A stretch of 64,000 nucleotides of DNA, taken from contig CAVXLD010000003.1 in assembly GCA_963762565.1 (NCBI GenBank), positions 448,001 to 512,000 on the forward strand, written 5' to 3'. Source of the DNA: an uncultured Verrucomicrobiae bacterium (GTDB taxonomy: Bacteria > Verrucomicrobiota > Verrucomicrobiia > Chthoniobacterales > JAFAMB01). Under the pieces are notes generated by a model that saw nothing but the letters and a program-made list of their open reading frames with translations, did not search any database and had not been told where the DNA came from. A program made the translations under genes and the position numbers. Below are positions 40,896 to 51,369 of the stretch, in pieces. Positions within the stretch are counted from its first letter, which is position 1, and every line of letters starts with the position of its first letter.

Positions 40896-41556
40896 GAAGT
40901 GATTGGTGATTGGTGAGAGGTGATTGGTAGGGCCGAGGAGGAGGCGCGAAGCGTTTAGCGCTCACAAGGCGCTTCGTTCTCCCGACTTCGCTGGCGAACA
41001 GGGGTTGCAGCTTACAGACAACAAGCTACGACGGGCAGGCTGTCCTCGTCGTCGTCCTTCCGACTTCGCCAACGTCCCGGTTGTGGAGCGCGCCTCGCTT
41101 GCGAGGCCGACTTCGAGCGGTTGGCAACATAGTCCATGGGCTTCGTCGGACAAGCTGTCCTCGAATCCGGCCACGCGGAGTGATGCCCACCCGCATCGCT
41201 ACGCGAAGCGTTGCGGGTGGGGAGTGTGGGAGTGTTGCCGGGAGGGATCGCGTCCTCGCGATCCGTTGTGATAGAAACCGCGAACGTGTTTTGATCGCGG
41301 GTGGGTGGCAGGTCCTCGCGGCGCGCGGGGACGCGCGCCCTCCCCGAAAAGCATCCGCCTTGGCGGATTGGAGATGCTGAAGGCGCGACAGAAAATCGGC
41401 CACCGAGTTCAAGGAGCAGACGGCGTCAAGCGTCTGCGAGTGCCGCGCCGGAGGATGATAGATCCCTGACCTCAGGATTCTTGAACTCCTCGAACTCCTT
41501 GAACTCCTTTTTTGAACAGTTGTTGCCCCGAGCGAAGTAAAGTATCCTGCACAGCT

Positions 41557-42369
41557 GTGTACCGCCGCATCGGAGTCGCCACCACTTTTTCCCCGCGTTT
41601 CCTAGCTGTTTTAGCAGAAGCAGCCAGGATCAGTCGATTATTCGATAGCCCGTTGCATCTCATTCATGCAGCGGAAGAAACGCCGGAGAAATTGTCCCGA
41701 TTCAAAGCGGCGCTGCAAGTGCTGGACTTGCCTTCCGGGTCACCAATCCATTTCGAAAGTGGGGAAGCGTCCGAAGCAATTTTACGGGTTCAAAGCGAAA
41801 ATCAGATTGATTTGCTGATTGCGGGTGCACTGGAACATGAAAGTTTACACCGGAATTTTACCGGTGATGTTGCCCGCAAGTTGCTGGTTCAGGCGCCCTG
41901 CGATCTCTTGCTCTTTGTGGCGCCTGAGGAACAAGCCGTACAACCGGCACAGATCTTTGTTGCCATCCCGGATTTTAGTCCGTTCAGCCGGGAGACATTT
42001 CTTCGGAGTACAGAGTTTGCCGAGAAAATCGGGGCCCAAGAAGTGACTCTCCTGCATGTACAGAGCACGTTCGCCGAAGCTAAGGAGAAAGCGCTCGGGA
42101 ACGAACTCCCGGCGGTAGAAGATGCGTTGACTGAATGGATAGGCGACCGGCAAACCGGCGTGAGCCTGGATAGCCGTTCGGTGCGCGGTAACACCGGGTT
42201 TACCGCCTGCGAATTCATCCAATCGAGCGAAGCGAACCTGCTGGTTTTACCGTCTCATGTCGGTCACCCAAACCTACCGGTATTCGCTCCGGTCCTGGAC
42301 TGGATTATTCAGGTTATCCCGACCAATCTCTGGGTGATGCGCCAGGTCGGCGCCGCCGTCTCGGTGTAA
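41557..42369 (+). CDS. Universal stress protein (tandem USP domains)
   Basis: YRRIGVAT.FSP, IDLLIAGA...F.GDVARKLL..APCDLL; GTG start inferred. Confidence 0.8.
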   Translation: MYRRIGVATTFSPRFLAVLAEAARISRLFDSPLHLIHAAEETPEKLSRFKAALQVLDLPSGSPIHFESGEASEAILRVQSENQIDLLIAGALEHESLHRNFTGDVARKLLVQAPCDLLLFVAPEEQAVQPAQIFVAIPDFSPFSRETFLRSTEFAEKIGAQEVTLLHVQSTFAEAKEKALGNELPAVEDALTEWIGDRQTGVSLDSRSVRGNTGFTACEFIQSSEANLLVLPSHVGHPNLPVFAPVLDWIIQVIPTNLWVMRQVGAAVSV

Positions 42370-43018
42370 CCGAATCGTCCTCCCGCCTCCGCCAAGCCTA
42401 CCGCGCGGCAGGCCGTGCTCGTGCTTCCGACTTCGCCAGCGTCCAGGTTGTGGAGCGCGCCTCGCTTGCGAGGCCGACCTCGAGCGGATGGCAACCTAGA
42501 CCATGGGCTTCGTCGGACAGGCTGTGCTCGAAAAGCGCCACGAAGCCCAAGATAAAATCTCGCGCCGAGTACGCAAAGGACGCCAAGACGCAGAATTACA
42601 GAGACACAGAGAACACGGAGGTTGGAGACAGAGGTTAGGTAAAAGTTGAGCTGGGACGGCGCCGCATCCCCGGTCTCCACTCCTTTGGGGACACTAAACT
42701 GAAAATTTTCACAGCAAAGGTCTCAAAGGCCACAAAGATCGAATTTTAAACAGGGGCTAACAGAGGTAACGGGGTAGCTGGAATCGAGATTTGCCCGATA
42801 GCAGATCGTCTACCTTTGTTACCGTTCGGCTGAGCTCAGGTCGAAGCCTCCCTTTCCTCCTGTTCAAGGTGTCCGATCTTTGAGACCTTTGCTGTGAAAA
42901 TTTAGGTTTGCCGAGTCCCGTGTACTGGAGGTCGGAGAATCCGGTAAAGCCCACGATCAAATCCAAGCAAGGTCTTCTCCAAACTCTGTGTTCTCTGTGT
43001 CTCTGTGGTGAATTTTTT

Positions 43019-43047
43019 TTGACGGGGTTTCTCACCGACCCTATTGT
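43019..43047 (+). promoter_or_regulatory. Putative sigma70 promoter of tRNA-Arg
   Basis: TTGACG-17 nt-TATTGT, 11 nt before the tRNA. Confidence 0.6.
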
Positions 43048-43058
43048 CAAAACCTGCC

Positions 43059-43132
<74 letters not shown>

Positions 43133-43205
43133 GTGACAACGCCGTCAGCGCCGGGAAGATGATGTAGGGATATAGCGGTGGTCGCCCTTGCTTGGCGACA
43201 AGGCC

Positions 43206-43946
43206 ATGAAAAAGCAAGCACGCAATCACATCAACCGCAAGCTGAGTGAGTCCGACGGAGCGCCCGCCCAGCCCACCGGCGCAGTCTCGGGAGAGTTTGA
43301 CACCGACATGCTCGACTACGACGGAGGAAGGCAGGTCACGGTGTACGTTCCACCGGACCCACCCGAAGCAATCGTCTTCGCCGGTGACGGTCAGGAAATC
43401 TCGAAGTGGGGCCGGTTGCTCGAGAAGGCCAACGTACCGTCCACAATGATCGTCGGTGTACATGGGGTGACTGATCAGACGCTTCGGCTCCATGAGTACT
43501 CACCGGGCTTTGAGCCGGACCGGTTCGCGGCACATGAGAAGTTCTTCGTCGAGGACGTTCGCCGATGGACGGAGTCGCGGTTTGGCGTGGCGCTGCCCGC
43601 TGAACGTATCGCAGTGTTCGGCGTCTCGGCGGGTGGAGAGCTGGCCCTCGCTCTTGGGATTCGGCATCCACATGTCTACGGTGCGGTCTTGTGCGCCTCG
43701 CCTGGCGGCGGTTACAAGCCGCCTGGCATTATGCCGAGTCCGCTTCCGCGCACATACTTTGTCGCTGGCACACAGGAGCCGTTCTTCCTGGAGAATGCAA
43801 GGAGGTGGGCGAAGGCGCTGAGCGATGCAGATGCGGATGTCGTCATGAATGAGCGAACTGGGTCGCACGGTGGCGCATTCTGGCGAGAAGAGTTCCCGCT
43901 GATGGTGGCGTGGGCATTCGGTAATCACAACGAGGGTCGCGTCTAA
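43206..43946 (+). CDS. Alpha/beta-hydrolase, putative esterase (Fes-like)
   Basis: RQVTVYVPP, nucleophile motif GVSAGG, GTQE, GSHGGAFW. Confidence 0.8.
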   Translation: MKKQARNHINRKLSESDGAPAQPTGAVSGEFDTDMLDYDGGRQVTVYVPPDPPEAIVFAGDGQEISKWGRLLEKANVPSTMIVGVHGVTDQTLRLHEYSPGFEPDRFAAHEKFFVEDVRRWTESRFGVALPAERIAVFGVSAGGELALALGIRHPHVYGAVLCASPGGGYKPPGIMPSPLPRTYFVAGTQEPFFLENARRWAKALSDADADVVMNERTGSHGGAFWREEFPLMVAWAFGNHNEGRV

Positions 43947-43949
43947 ATC

Positions 43950-45562
43950 GGGGCTGTTGCCCAATAGCGCCTAATTAGTATGAGAATTTTGGGTTAGTAA
44001 TTGGAAGGTTTGGCGAAGGGTTAGCTTGGCAAGAAGGAGGTTGAAATCGGGTGAAGGAGCCGGGTGAGCCAGCGGAGCAACTGAGTAAGGCGATAGGCTA
44101 GCGCAGGGTTGGTTTGGGAGAGATGCCTGAGGAGTTTTCTCAGGTTCTGTACCGTAGCAATGAGTAAGTCTTGGATAGCTTGCTTCCAAAGTCCACGCCA
44201 ACGAGAACGCTTGAGCCCATGACGATTGGCGGCGTCGGCAAAGCTCCTTTCCATGAGATGTTGGCGGCGTTTAAGGTCGGCTTTAGCAGCCTTGGAGTTA
44301 GCAATTTTGCGAGCCTTTTCTAACCAGGCTTGATCCCGATGGCGGTGAATGGTGCGTCCGGTGCGGGAACGAGTGCACAAGGCGCGCAGCTTGCACACTA
44401 AACAGGTCCCCTTGGCGGTGACATATTCCCAGGTCAAGCGCTTGGGGTGTAAGCGCCTGGCTTTCATGATCTGCTTGGCGGGACAGAGGTAGGTATTAGT
44501 CTGTGCATCGTATCTAAAATGCTCGTCGGAATAAATGCCCTCGCTTCGTCCCTTACCTCGGATCGACTCCCCCAGCAGCTTCACATGGGCTTTAATCCCC
44601 GCTTTTTGACAGCTAATCAGGTTGCTGACGCTGCCGTAACGCGCATCAGCAATCACAGTTCGCACTGCTTGATCGGTAGTATCTTCATGAGCTTCAATGA
44701 GCCTCAACAGTTGCGAGGCTTCGTCGACCGCACCGGTGGTGGTCTCTACGGCGGTGATGATCTCATGGGCATCGTCGACTACTCGATGAGTCTTATAGCG
44801 TAAGCGGCTCTTTAGGCCGGCGTGTCGAACTAGAGTCGCATCCGGGTCGGTCGTACTGCGGAACTGGCGATTGGTTTTGGAGTATTGGCCAATGGCAGAA
44901 CCGCCGCTGCCGCTGTCCCCTGATGGCGGATCTTGGTCTTGGTCGGGTTCATCGAGCTTTTGCACTTGCTCTTTGGCAGTTTGCTCGATGGCATTGAGCG
45001 TCTCCGCAGACAGGGGCTTAACTGAACCCAGATTGGCATCGGCCTCCACTAGGCTCGCATCCACGTGGATCTTACGGCCTTCTACCAGACCAGCCTCCAC
45101 GCACTGCTGCACTACCCGGCTAAATAGCGAGACAAACACTTCTTTACCCCAGCGCTTGCGCGCCTTGCTCAACACACTGTGGTCGGGAATCTGATCGTCT
45201 AGCCCATAGCCAAGAAACCAAAGGTAATCCAGCCGTTCAGGGATGATGCGCATCAGCTCCCGCTCGCTCTTGATATCATCCAAGAATAACAACAACATCA
45301 TCCGGACAATCACTTCGGGCGGAACCGACTTGTTGCCTCTTCGCCCATAAGTGTGCGCTACCTCCTTACGCACAAAACTCAAATCTAACGCCGCCCTGAT
45401 CCGCCGCAGTGGATGATCGTCCCGCACCCGCTTATCTAAATTGACCCGATAGCTCCAGATCGGAACCTGCGAGTCTTCTTCGTCCATCATGGGAACAATA
45501 CACTATCAAATCTGTAACCAGCAAAGCAATACTATAATGGTTATTAATTGGGCAACACGCCC
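43950..45562 (-). mobile_element. IS1182-family insertion sequence
   Basis: 16-bp imperfect IRs GGGGCTGTTGCCCAAT (43950-43965) and ATTGGGCAACACGCCC (45547-45562); 6-bp target duplication TAAATC on both sides. Confidence 0.9.
44021..45490 (-). CDS. IS1182-family DDE transposase
   Basis: DHPLR.I, G..SVPPE, IKSERELM, PDHSVLS, VDASLVEADA, STTDPDA, ADARYG, CPA...C..CKLRALCT, ERSFADA. Confidence 0.93.
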   Translation of the reverse strand: MMDEEDSQVPIWSYRVNLDKRVRDDHPLRRIRAALDLSFVRKEVAHTYGRRGNKSVPPEVIVRMMLLLFLDDIKSERELMRIIPERLDYLWFLGYGLDDQIPDHSVLSKARKRWGKEVFVSLFSRVVQQCVEAGLVEGRKIHVDASLVEADANLGSVKPLSAETLNAIEQTAKEQVQKLDEPDQDQDPPSGDSGSGGSAIGQYSKTNRQFRSTTDPDATLVRHAGLKSRLRYKTHRVVDDAHEIITAVETTTGAVDEASQLLRLIEAHEDTTDQAVRTVIADARYGSVSNLISCQKAGIKAHVKLLGESIRGKGRSEGIYSDEHFRYDAQTNTYLCPAKQIMKARRLHPKRLTWEYVTAKGTCLVCKLRALCTRSRTGRTIHRHRDQAWLEKARKIANSKAAKADLKRRQHLMERSFADAANRHGLKRSRWRGLWKQAIQDLLIATVQNLRKLLRHLSQTNPALAYRLTQLLRWLTRLLHPISTSFLPS

Positions 45563-45648
45563 TAAATCTTCAACACATTAACAAGCCTTACAGCGGCCTG
45601 GCAAAGGGTCGCTGACTTCAAGTCTCACATCTTGACGGGTAATGCGGA

Positions 45649-45682
45649 CCCGCCGGATGCATATACAACGCCGTCAGCACCG
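45649..45682 (+). repeat. Direct repeat of tRNA-Arg 3' end plus trailer (att-like)
   Basis: CCCGCCGGATGCA-tat-ACAACGCCGTCAGC-a-CCG vs 43120-43153 CCCGCCGGATGCA-gtg-ACAACGCCGTCAGC-g-CCG. Confidence 0.75.
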
Positions 45683-45734
45683 TCAGCGCGTCAGGCGGCT
45701 GCCGGACCGGCAACGGACGCAGGCGCAAAGACTT

Positions 45735-45947
45735 CTAGTCTTCCGGAACGAGCTGGACTCCGTAGAAGGTGCTGCCACCGTTGAGCGTGGCGCTTGCCGG
45801 GATCACCCCGTTGGCGTTGATCCCTGAGGTATAAGCAACGTGGTATCCGTCCGTGGAACTGTGCAGCTTATCTAAAATGTACCAATGACCGTCCTGACAA
45901 AGGTAACCATTCGCAGTGGCGTAGTCGTTATCTTTGCCCGCAGGGCC
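45735..45947 (-). pseudogene. 3' fragment of an extracellular HAF-repeat-like protein
   Basis: Open frame without start: GPAGKDNDYATANGYLCQDGHWYILDKLHSSTDGYHVAYTSGINANGVIPASATLNGGSTFYGVQLVPED*; begins exactly at repeat site A. Confidence 0.55.
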
Positions 45948-46126
45948 AAAAGGGGTCAGTCAACAATTTCTGACAGTTTGACTTCGTGTTCGTACTCGGC
46001 GAGCAAGTTGATCCGGCCGAGGTCAGGTTCTCAGCATTTCAGAATCGGCATTGTCGCCTAAAACGCCGGCGCCCCGATCAGTTAATCGGGATCCGACGGA
46101 TTCTGTCAGAATTTGTTGACTGACCC
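45948..46126. mobile_element. Site A: mini-element with RAYT-type inverted ends
   Basis: AAAAGGGGTCAGTCAACAATTTCTGACAG ... CTGTCAGAATTTGTTGACTGACCC. Confidence 0.8.
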
Positions 46127-46785
46127 ATTGGTCAACCAGGTGTCGGTTGTCATCGTCTTCTCCAAAGCTGGAACAATCTCAGCAACGGTTCACACTAACC
46201 TTCTTCGTGGATCAAAGCCGTCTGCCTTTGAGCGAGCGGATTTCAGTGCTGGCGGCGGCACTTCTATCATGGCACCGCAAATCAGATGGACCGTCTTGTT
46301 AGTAGGTAACGCTGTCGGGAGGCGTGCGGCAGCTAGGTTTTCACGATGACAGCGCTCTGGCCGGTGGCTCTAGGAACGACCGCAGGCTACGGCACGATAG
46401 GCGGGACCTCGACAAAAAGAAAATCCCTAGCGACTTTGTGGGGCCAGGGAGGGGGTTTCTGTAGCGGCTGACCGACTACAAATTCCACGCACCACCTATC
46501 TCGTCAGGCTCTTACTGACAAATGTACCGGACGGGCCATAGTGATTTGCCCACCCTCAATTAAGATAGCACGAACGGGTCTATAACTGTTTCGAACTCTC
46601 CGCATTCATTTAATCGAGCAACACAATCGAAATTGCCTGAACAGAAATCCTTTAAAGCATCGACGGCTAATTCTCGAAATGGGCCACAGTATTTTTTCAC
46701 GAAAGAGTCGGATATGTCCCAAAACAGTACGACTCGTTCGTCAATGTGTTCTTTATAGTAAATTCGCGCATCATCACCTGAATAG

Positions 46786-47394
46786 GTGTTCGATGTGCCT
46801 TGGCGTGATGGTGTCGACATCACCAGCCAGACCATCTTGGAGCGGCGAGCATTGTTAGAACGCATCATAAGGCCGGGGCCTGGAATCCAGCTTGGCACTT
46901 ATGTCCAGAATGAAGGAAAAGCGCTGTTTCAACTGGTTAAAGAGAAGGGGATGGAAGGTATAATTGCCAAACGAAAAGAAAGCATTTACCGCCCAGGGAA
47001 GCGAAGCCCCGATTGGCTTAAGATCAAAGCTCGGTTACAACAGGAATTCGTTGTCGGTGGATTTACAGCACCCAAAGGCAGCCGAAAGCATCTAGGCGCG
47101 GTCGTTATCGGCGCTTACACTGGAGGAAAGCTCCGGCATTATGGCTATGCTGGCTCCGGCTTCAGCGAAAAGGGATTGAAGGAAGCCGTTGAGCGAATGA
47201 ACCCCTACTTCACTGATAAGTCTCCATTCGTAAATCCTCCAAACATCAAAGAGAAAATCCAATGGGTGCAGCCCAAGCTTGTTTGTGAAATTGAGTACGC
47301 AGAATTGACGGATGATGAGCAGTTGCGACAGACAACGTTCTTGGGCTGGCGGGACGATAAGAAGCCTAAAGAGGTAGTGCTGGAACGCCCGTAA
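46786..47394 (+). pseudogene. LigD-type ATP-dependent DNA ligase, N-terminally truncated
   Basis: Retains FD...ERR..L, EGIIAKR..S.Y.PG.RS.DWLKIK and the OB domain (WVQPKLVCEIEY), but lacks the adenylation motif KxDG. Confidence 0.8.
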
Positions 47395-47546
47395 TCGCTT
47401 TTAGTGCTGAGTGACAGCGCCAGCCGAAGTCTGCCTCCTTACCGAATACCGACCGTGCGGCCGTTGCCAGCTTCCCCAGGCCTGTCACGCCACTCGCATC
47501 ACAGACCCAGTGAGCAGATTACGATCATGTTCGCGGCTCCCTACAG

Positions 47547-47684
47547 TTAATCGCTTAAACGAATGCCTGCTTCCTGAACTTCTTGGTATGGCAATAGCCA
47601 CATTAGGGACTCGTCGTGAAGGTCGACCACATCAATCCGATTATTGAACGAGTCGCGAAAAGCGCACCGAAATCCGGGAATTAG
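47547..47684 (-). pseudogene. Duplicated 3' fragment of the VOC gene
   Basis: 138 bp with 3 mismatches vs 57960-58097; ends 3 nt before site B. Confidence 0.9.
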
Positions 47685-47687
47685 AGT

Positions 47688-47813
47688 GAGACAAAAGGGG
47701 GCAGTCAACAATTTCTGACAGTTTGACTTCGTGTTCGTACTCAGCGAGCAAGTTGATCCGGCCGAGGTCGGGTTCTGTCAGAAATTGTTGACTGACCCCT
47801 TTCGCTTTCTGCA
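47688..47813. mobile_element. Site B: shorter mini-element with RAYT-type ends
   Basis: GAGACAAAAGGGGGCAGTCAACAATTTCTGACAG ... CTGTCAGAAATTGTTGACTGACCCCTTTCGCTTTCTGCA; internal sequence shared with site A. Confidence 0.85.
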
Positions 47814-48756
47814 GTTTCTGCGTATTGAAACGTTTGACGATTACCAGGCGGGGAATGGTGTTGTGCAGGTTCTGTTTCGGAATGCTGACGAGGAAAATCC
47901 TTATATCGTGACGATCAACACCACAAGAGGAACGCAAACGAGCGTTGCCTCACGTATCCAAGGCGAGCTTTCCGAAGGGAGTAATGATTCGATTTTGATC
48001 AAGCCAAATATGATGCCTATGTGACCGGTAGTATCTTCTAGCTGCCGTCTTTCTTGATCAATTTCCCGGCGACGTAACCGAACGCTAGCACCGGATACAA
48101 CTGCGCTCTTAAACGATTCTAGAGCGTTGGTGAGCTCGTCTAGGGGAACGTGTGAAAACGAGTGACGACTTCGCCCACTTACAGCACCAGCCTTGGCTTC
48201 GGATCAAAAGCGAAGGCATTTGCGTACCTATCGACTGATGCCAACCACACTTTCCTGCGCTCCCCGGCCCATTGCAGGTTGTTGGCTATCTGAATTGCCA
48301 AACCTAAGATATCGACCGCTGGCCTACCGCTAGTGCCGATACTGTAGGGTAAGGCTTTGAATTCTCCGCTCGTCACTCCACTAGAATAGCCCAAGCCTCG
48401 ATCTTTAGCTAAGGACTTTGCGATTTGAATGTTCGCTCACGGAATTAAAAATCAAAGGGTACTGAACTAGCTGGTCCAGCATCTCTTTGGAGACTTCTAA
48501 AAATCGAGGCTCTCAAATACCTTTCTCCGTAGCTCTTCGTTGAGCCGATCCAGGTCGTCACGCTGGCCTTCAAAGATTAGCTGCATCAACGTCTTAGGTT
48601 CTGCCGTTACCGGCAGCCGATGTCTTCAAGTTCGACGTGAACCAGAGTGATTTCACGCAAGGGTTTGTCGCGTGCGTCTGTGATCGTGCTGGCCAAGTGG
48701 ATTAAAAACCCAATCTGGAATTCAGCGCCTAATCGACGACCGGCTGCGATCTTTGG

Positions 48757-49284
48757 GTGATGCGTGCCGGGTTTTCCCTTTATCGTTACGTAATACCTGT
48801 AATTGCCGTCTGTTTTGCCGTCATTAGCACGCTATGGCTAGGGCCAGCGCTAAAGTATAGTTCCGCTATCTTCTTTTGCTCCGTGATGTTGAGCAGCTGG
48901 TATGGTGGGCTTTTGCCTGGTCTTTTTGCCGCCGTGCTATCATGGCTCGCTCTGGATTATTATTTCATCCCACCGATTGGTTCCCTTGCCATGAAGCCGG
49001 AGGAAGTGCCTACGATGATCATCTTTGGCGCTGCGGCTTGTTTCATCAGTTGGCTAAATAGCGGTGCCAGGAGGGTGAGAGAGCCGCTTCGACAGGACCG
49101 AGAAATTGAATCCGGCCTGCTGGGTATTGTGGTAAAATTCACCCTAGCTGTCTTACTATCAGTGGCATCCTGCGCCGCAGCCGTCACGACATCGATTCGA
49201 TCCGACTTCTGGCTGACTATTAGTTTCGCCAGCTGTTGCTCAGCCGTCTTTTTAATCATTTTGGCATCCCGAGATTTGCTCTAG
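48757..49284 (+). CDS. Membrane protein with DUF4118 (KdpD TM-like) domain
   Basis: YRY.I...VMLSSWYGGLLPGLFAAVLS.LALDYYFIPP.GSL pattern; no kinase domain follows. Confidence 0.7.
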   Translation: MMRAGFSLYRYVIPVIAVCFAVISTLWLGPALKYSSAIFFCSVMLSSWYGGLLPGLFAAVLSWLALDYYFIPPIGSLAMKPEEVPTMIIFGAAACFISWLNSGARRVREPLRQDREIESGLLGIVVKFTLAVLLSVASCAAAVTTSIRSDFWLTISFASCCSAVFLIILASRDLL

Positions 49285-49695
49285 CTGTTTCTTGATGAGG
49301 CTGCGGTCTCGATCAATCAAGCCAGTCCCCCCGGATTTTCGCTTTAGGAAATCATTGATGTTAGCCACGCTCTCCTTCCGGCCAAAGCGCTGTGGTGTCA
49401 TGAGCAGAAACGCAACATCCTGAAACGATGTTTGCAGCCCAGAGTGCTCGAAAGGTCGGGTTGCGTAATGCAAACCAAGTTGACGTTCTAATCATAGAAA
49501 CAGCTCAGACGCTTTTAAAGTCAATCCCTTTACCTCAGTCATGAGAGGGCGTTTGAAAAGTCTTAAGCTGGGCAGGCTTTTTTGGGGTCAGATCATTCCT
49601 TACCGAGATCCAGAATTAGAGTGCTATGGCGATGCTAGCTTTGGTTTTGGGGCAAGGTCAACTTGAGCCTATGAGTACATTGGAGGCGCAACGGT

Positions 49696-49824
49696 ATGAG
49701 TGGACGGTTCCCTGTCGTCTTTCTGGTCGATGTGGACAATACCTTGCTCGATAACGACCACATTCAAAACAACCTTTGGGAGCATCTCGAACGCGAGTTC
49801 GGCGCAGCTTGTCGGGACCGTTAC
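49696..49824 (+). pseudogene. N-terminal fragment of a HAD-superfamily hydrolase
   Basis: VFLVDVDNTLLDND (HAD motif I), then EREFG...RDRY; downstream sequence loses HAD character. Confidence 0.6.
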
Positions 49825-50507
49825 TGCGTCAACAGCATCAAACTAGCGCATAGTGAGCCATCCCCAGCTCATTCATCGCGAATTCTTAGTCGACCCGTGG
49901 CACTTCAAGCCTGCCTTTCGTACTCTGAAAACCGGGAACGGCGACGACAGGCAACCCGAAGATGTTGTCCATCGTTGGATTCGATACACGATGGGGCTTG
50001 GCCAATTGTAGTGCCTTGGTGCCTAAAATAGCGTCCCTCCGCCATCGGGCTCTAGAGTCAGCGCTATCTTAGTGTGCCCAAATCATCGCGCTTGCATGCA
50101 TCGCAAACATGTCGGCAAACTTCTTGGCGTGCGCGTCATCGGTAATGCCGTGGTTCTTGGCAGCCAGAAGTTACTGCTGGCGGCAGCACCGAACCGTTTC
50201 GGCGTACCACGGACAACGCGGATAGCTCCAAAGCAGGAACTAGGGCGATAAATTCACGGTTACACCGCAACAGATGCTTGACCACTTAGTGCGCGATCGC
50301 CAGCGAACCGAGGAAAAGCTAGCTATTCAGCGGCAAATAAACACTGAGAGAAAGCGAGCGCTTAAAGCGCGGATTGAACTGGCTGCGGCTAAGAAAGAAA
50401 GTTTGTTCTCAACCAAGTTTTCGTCTCGCCGGCCAGCCTCTGCTCGCAACTTTCTGGCCGTTACCGCGTCGACGCGAAATCGCGATGGTTTTCTCGCGCT
50501 TGCCAGG

Positions 50508-50771
50508 TTAAGGCGGGTAATGCTCTGCATCGTACCCTTCCGCGTAGCGCATCGCCTGTATGATAGGGTCGGCCTCTTCGGTTGGATCGAAAAACTTGTG
50601 CTTCGGATGATCGTCAGGAAAAATGTCTAATACCACTCCACCGCCTGCTATGAGAGTGATCTGGTATTTTGGCGTGTTCCCGGCTTGTCGATACGAACAG
50701 AGCCGTTCGCCATCCCTGTCGCCCTGATACCAAAATGCGTCGTTGACAACAATTTGAAGGTGTTTTGCCAT
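50508..50771 (-). CDS. Hypothetical protein
   Basis: 87-aa ORF from ATG with GGGGG upstream; protein-like composition. Confidence 0.5.
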   Translation of the reverse strand: MAKHLQIVVNDAFWYQGDRDGERLCSYRQAGNTPKYQITLIAGGGVVLDIFPDDHPKHKFFDPTEEADPIIQAMRYAEGYDAEHYPP

Positions 50772-51227
50772 AATGCCCCCAAGAGAATCGGCGTCAGTGA
50801 TGGTTAAAGTCGCTGACGCTTTAGCGTGCAAAATACTGGCACAGAAGAGGGAGCGCAACGGAGGAGGTGAGTTGTTCCATACTACTTCCGCTAGCCATAA
50901 TTACAATAGCTTCGTAACCTCCTAGTTTCGTGCACCTTTTTTTGCTTGCAGAGGCAATTCGAGGGAGAAAAACAAGTAAACTAGCACCATACATTATTTT
51001 TGTTATGAGTTTTCTGCCTTGCAATTCTGGAGTTTATCAGAATTATAGGCAAGCCAAATCACTCGGTCAGCGCGCTCGTTCTTCCGGCACAAGAAAAAGG
51101 AAGAAAAAGAAAGCAAAGGGAATAATAAACGATAAAAAACAAGCAAAATAAAGAAACGTTATCTTATTGTGTTGTTACTTCTCGTGCAATCGCCCTTAAG
51201 TTAACGAACACGGAGCGGAGTGAACGT

Positions 51228-51260
51228 GAAAGGGGTCAGTCAAATTGACTGACCCCTTTC
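51228..51260. repeat. Site C: empty 33-bp palindrome
   Basis: GAAAGGGGTCAGTCAA-A-TTGACTGACCCCTTTC. Confidence 0.9.
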
Positions 51261-51369
51261 GCAGTCAATACGCCGAGTGACGTACAGGTGGAACGTTGAG
51301 CGAGGCAGGAGAAATCTCGACACGTCCATTCTAGTTATGATAAACAGGCTGGCTCGGTCGCCATCCAGA

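Noticed and set aside
50274..51151. ORFs 50274-50630 and 50930-51151
   Set aside because: Low-complexity or Lys-rich translations that overlap a better-supported ORF; no evidence of coding.
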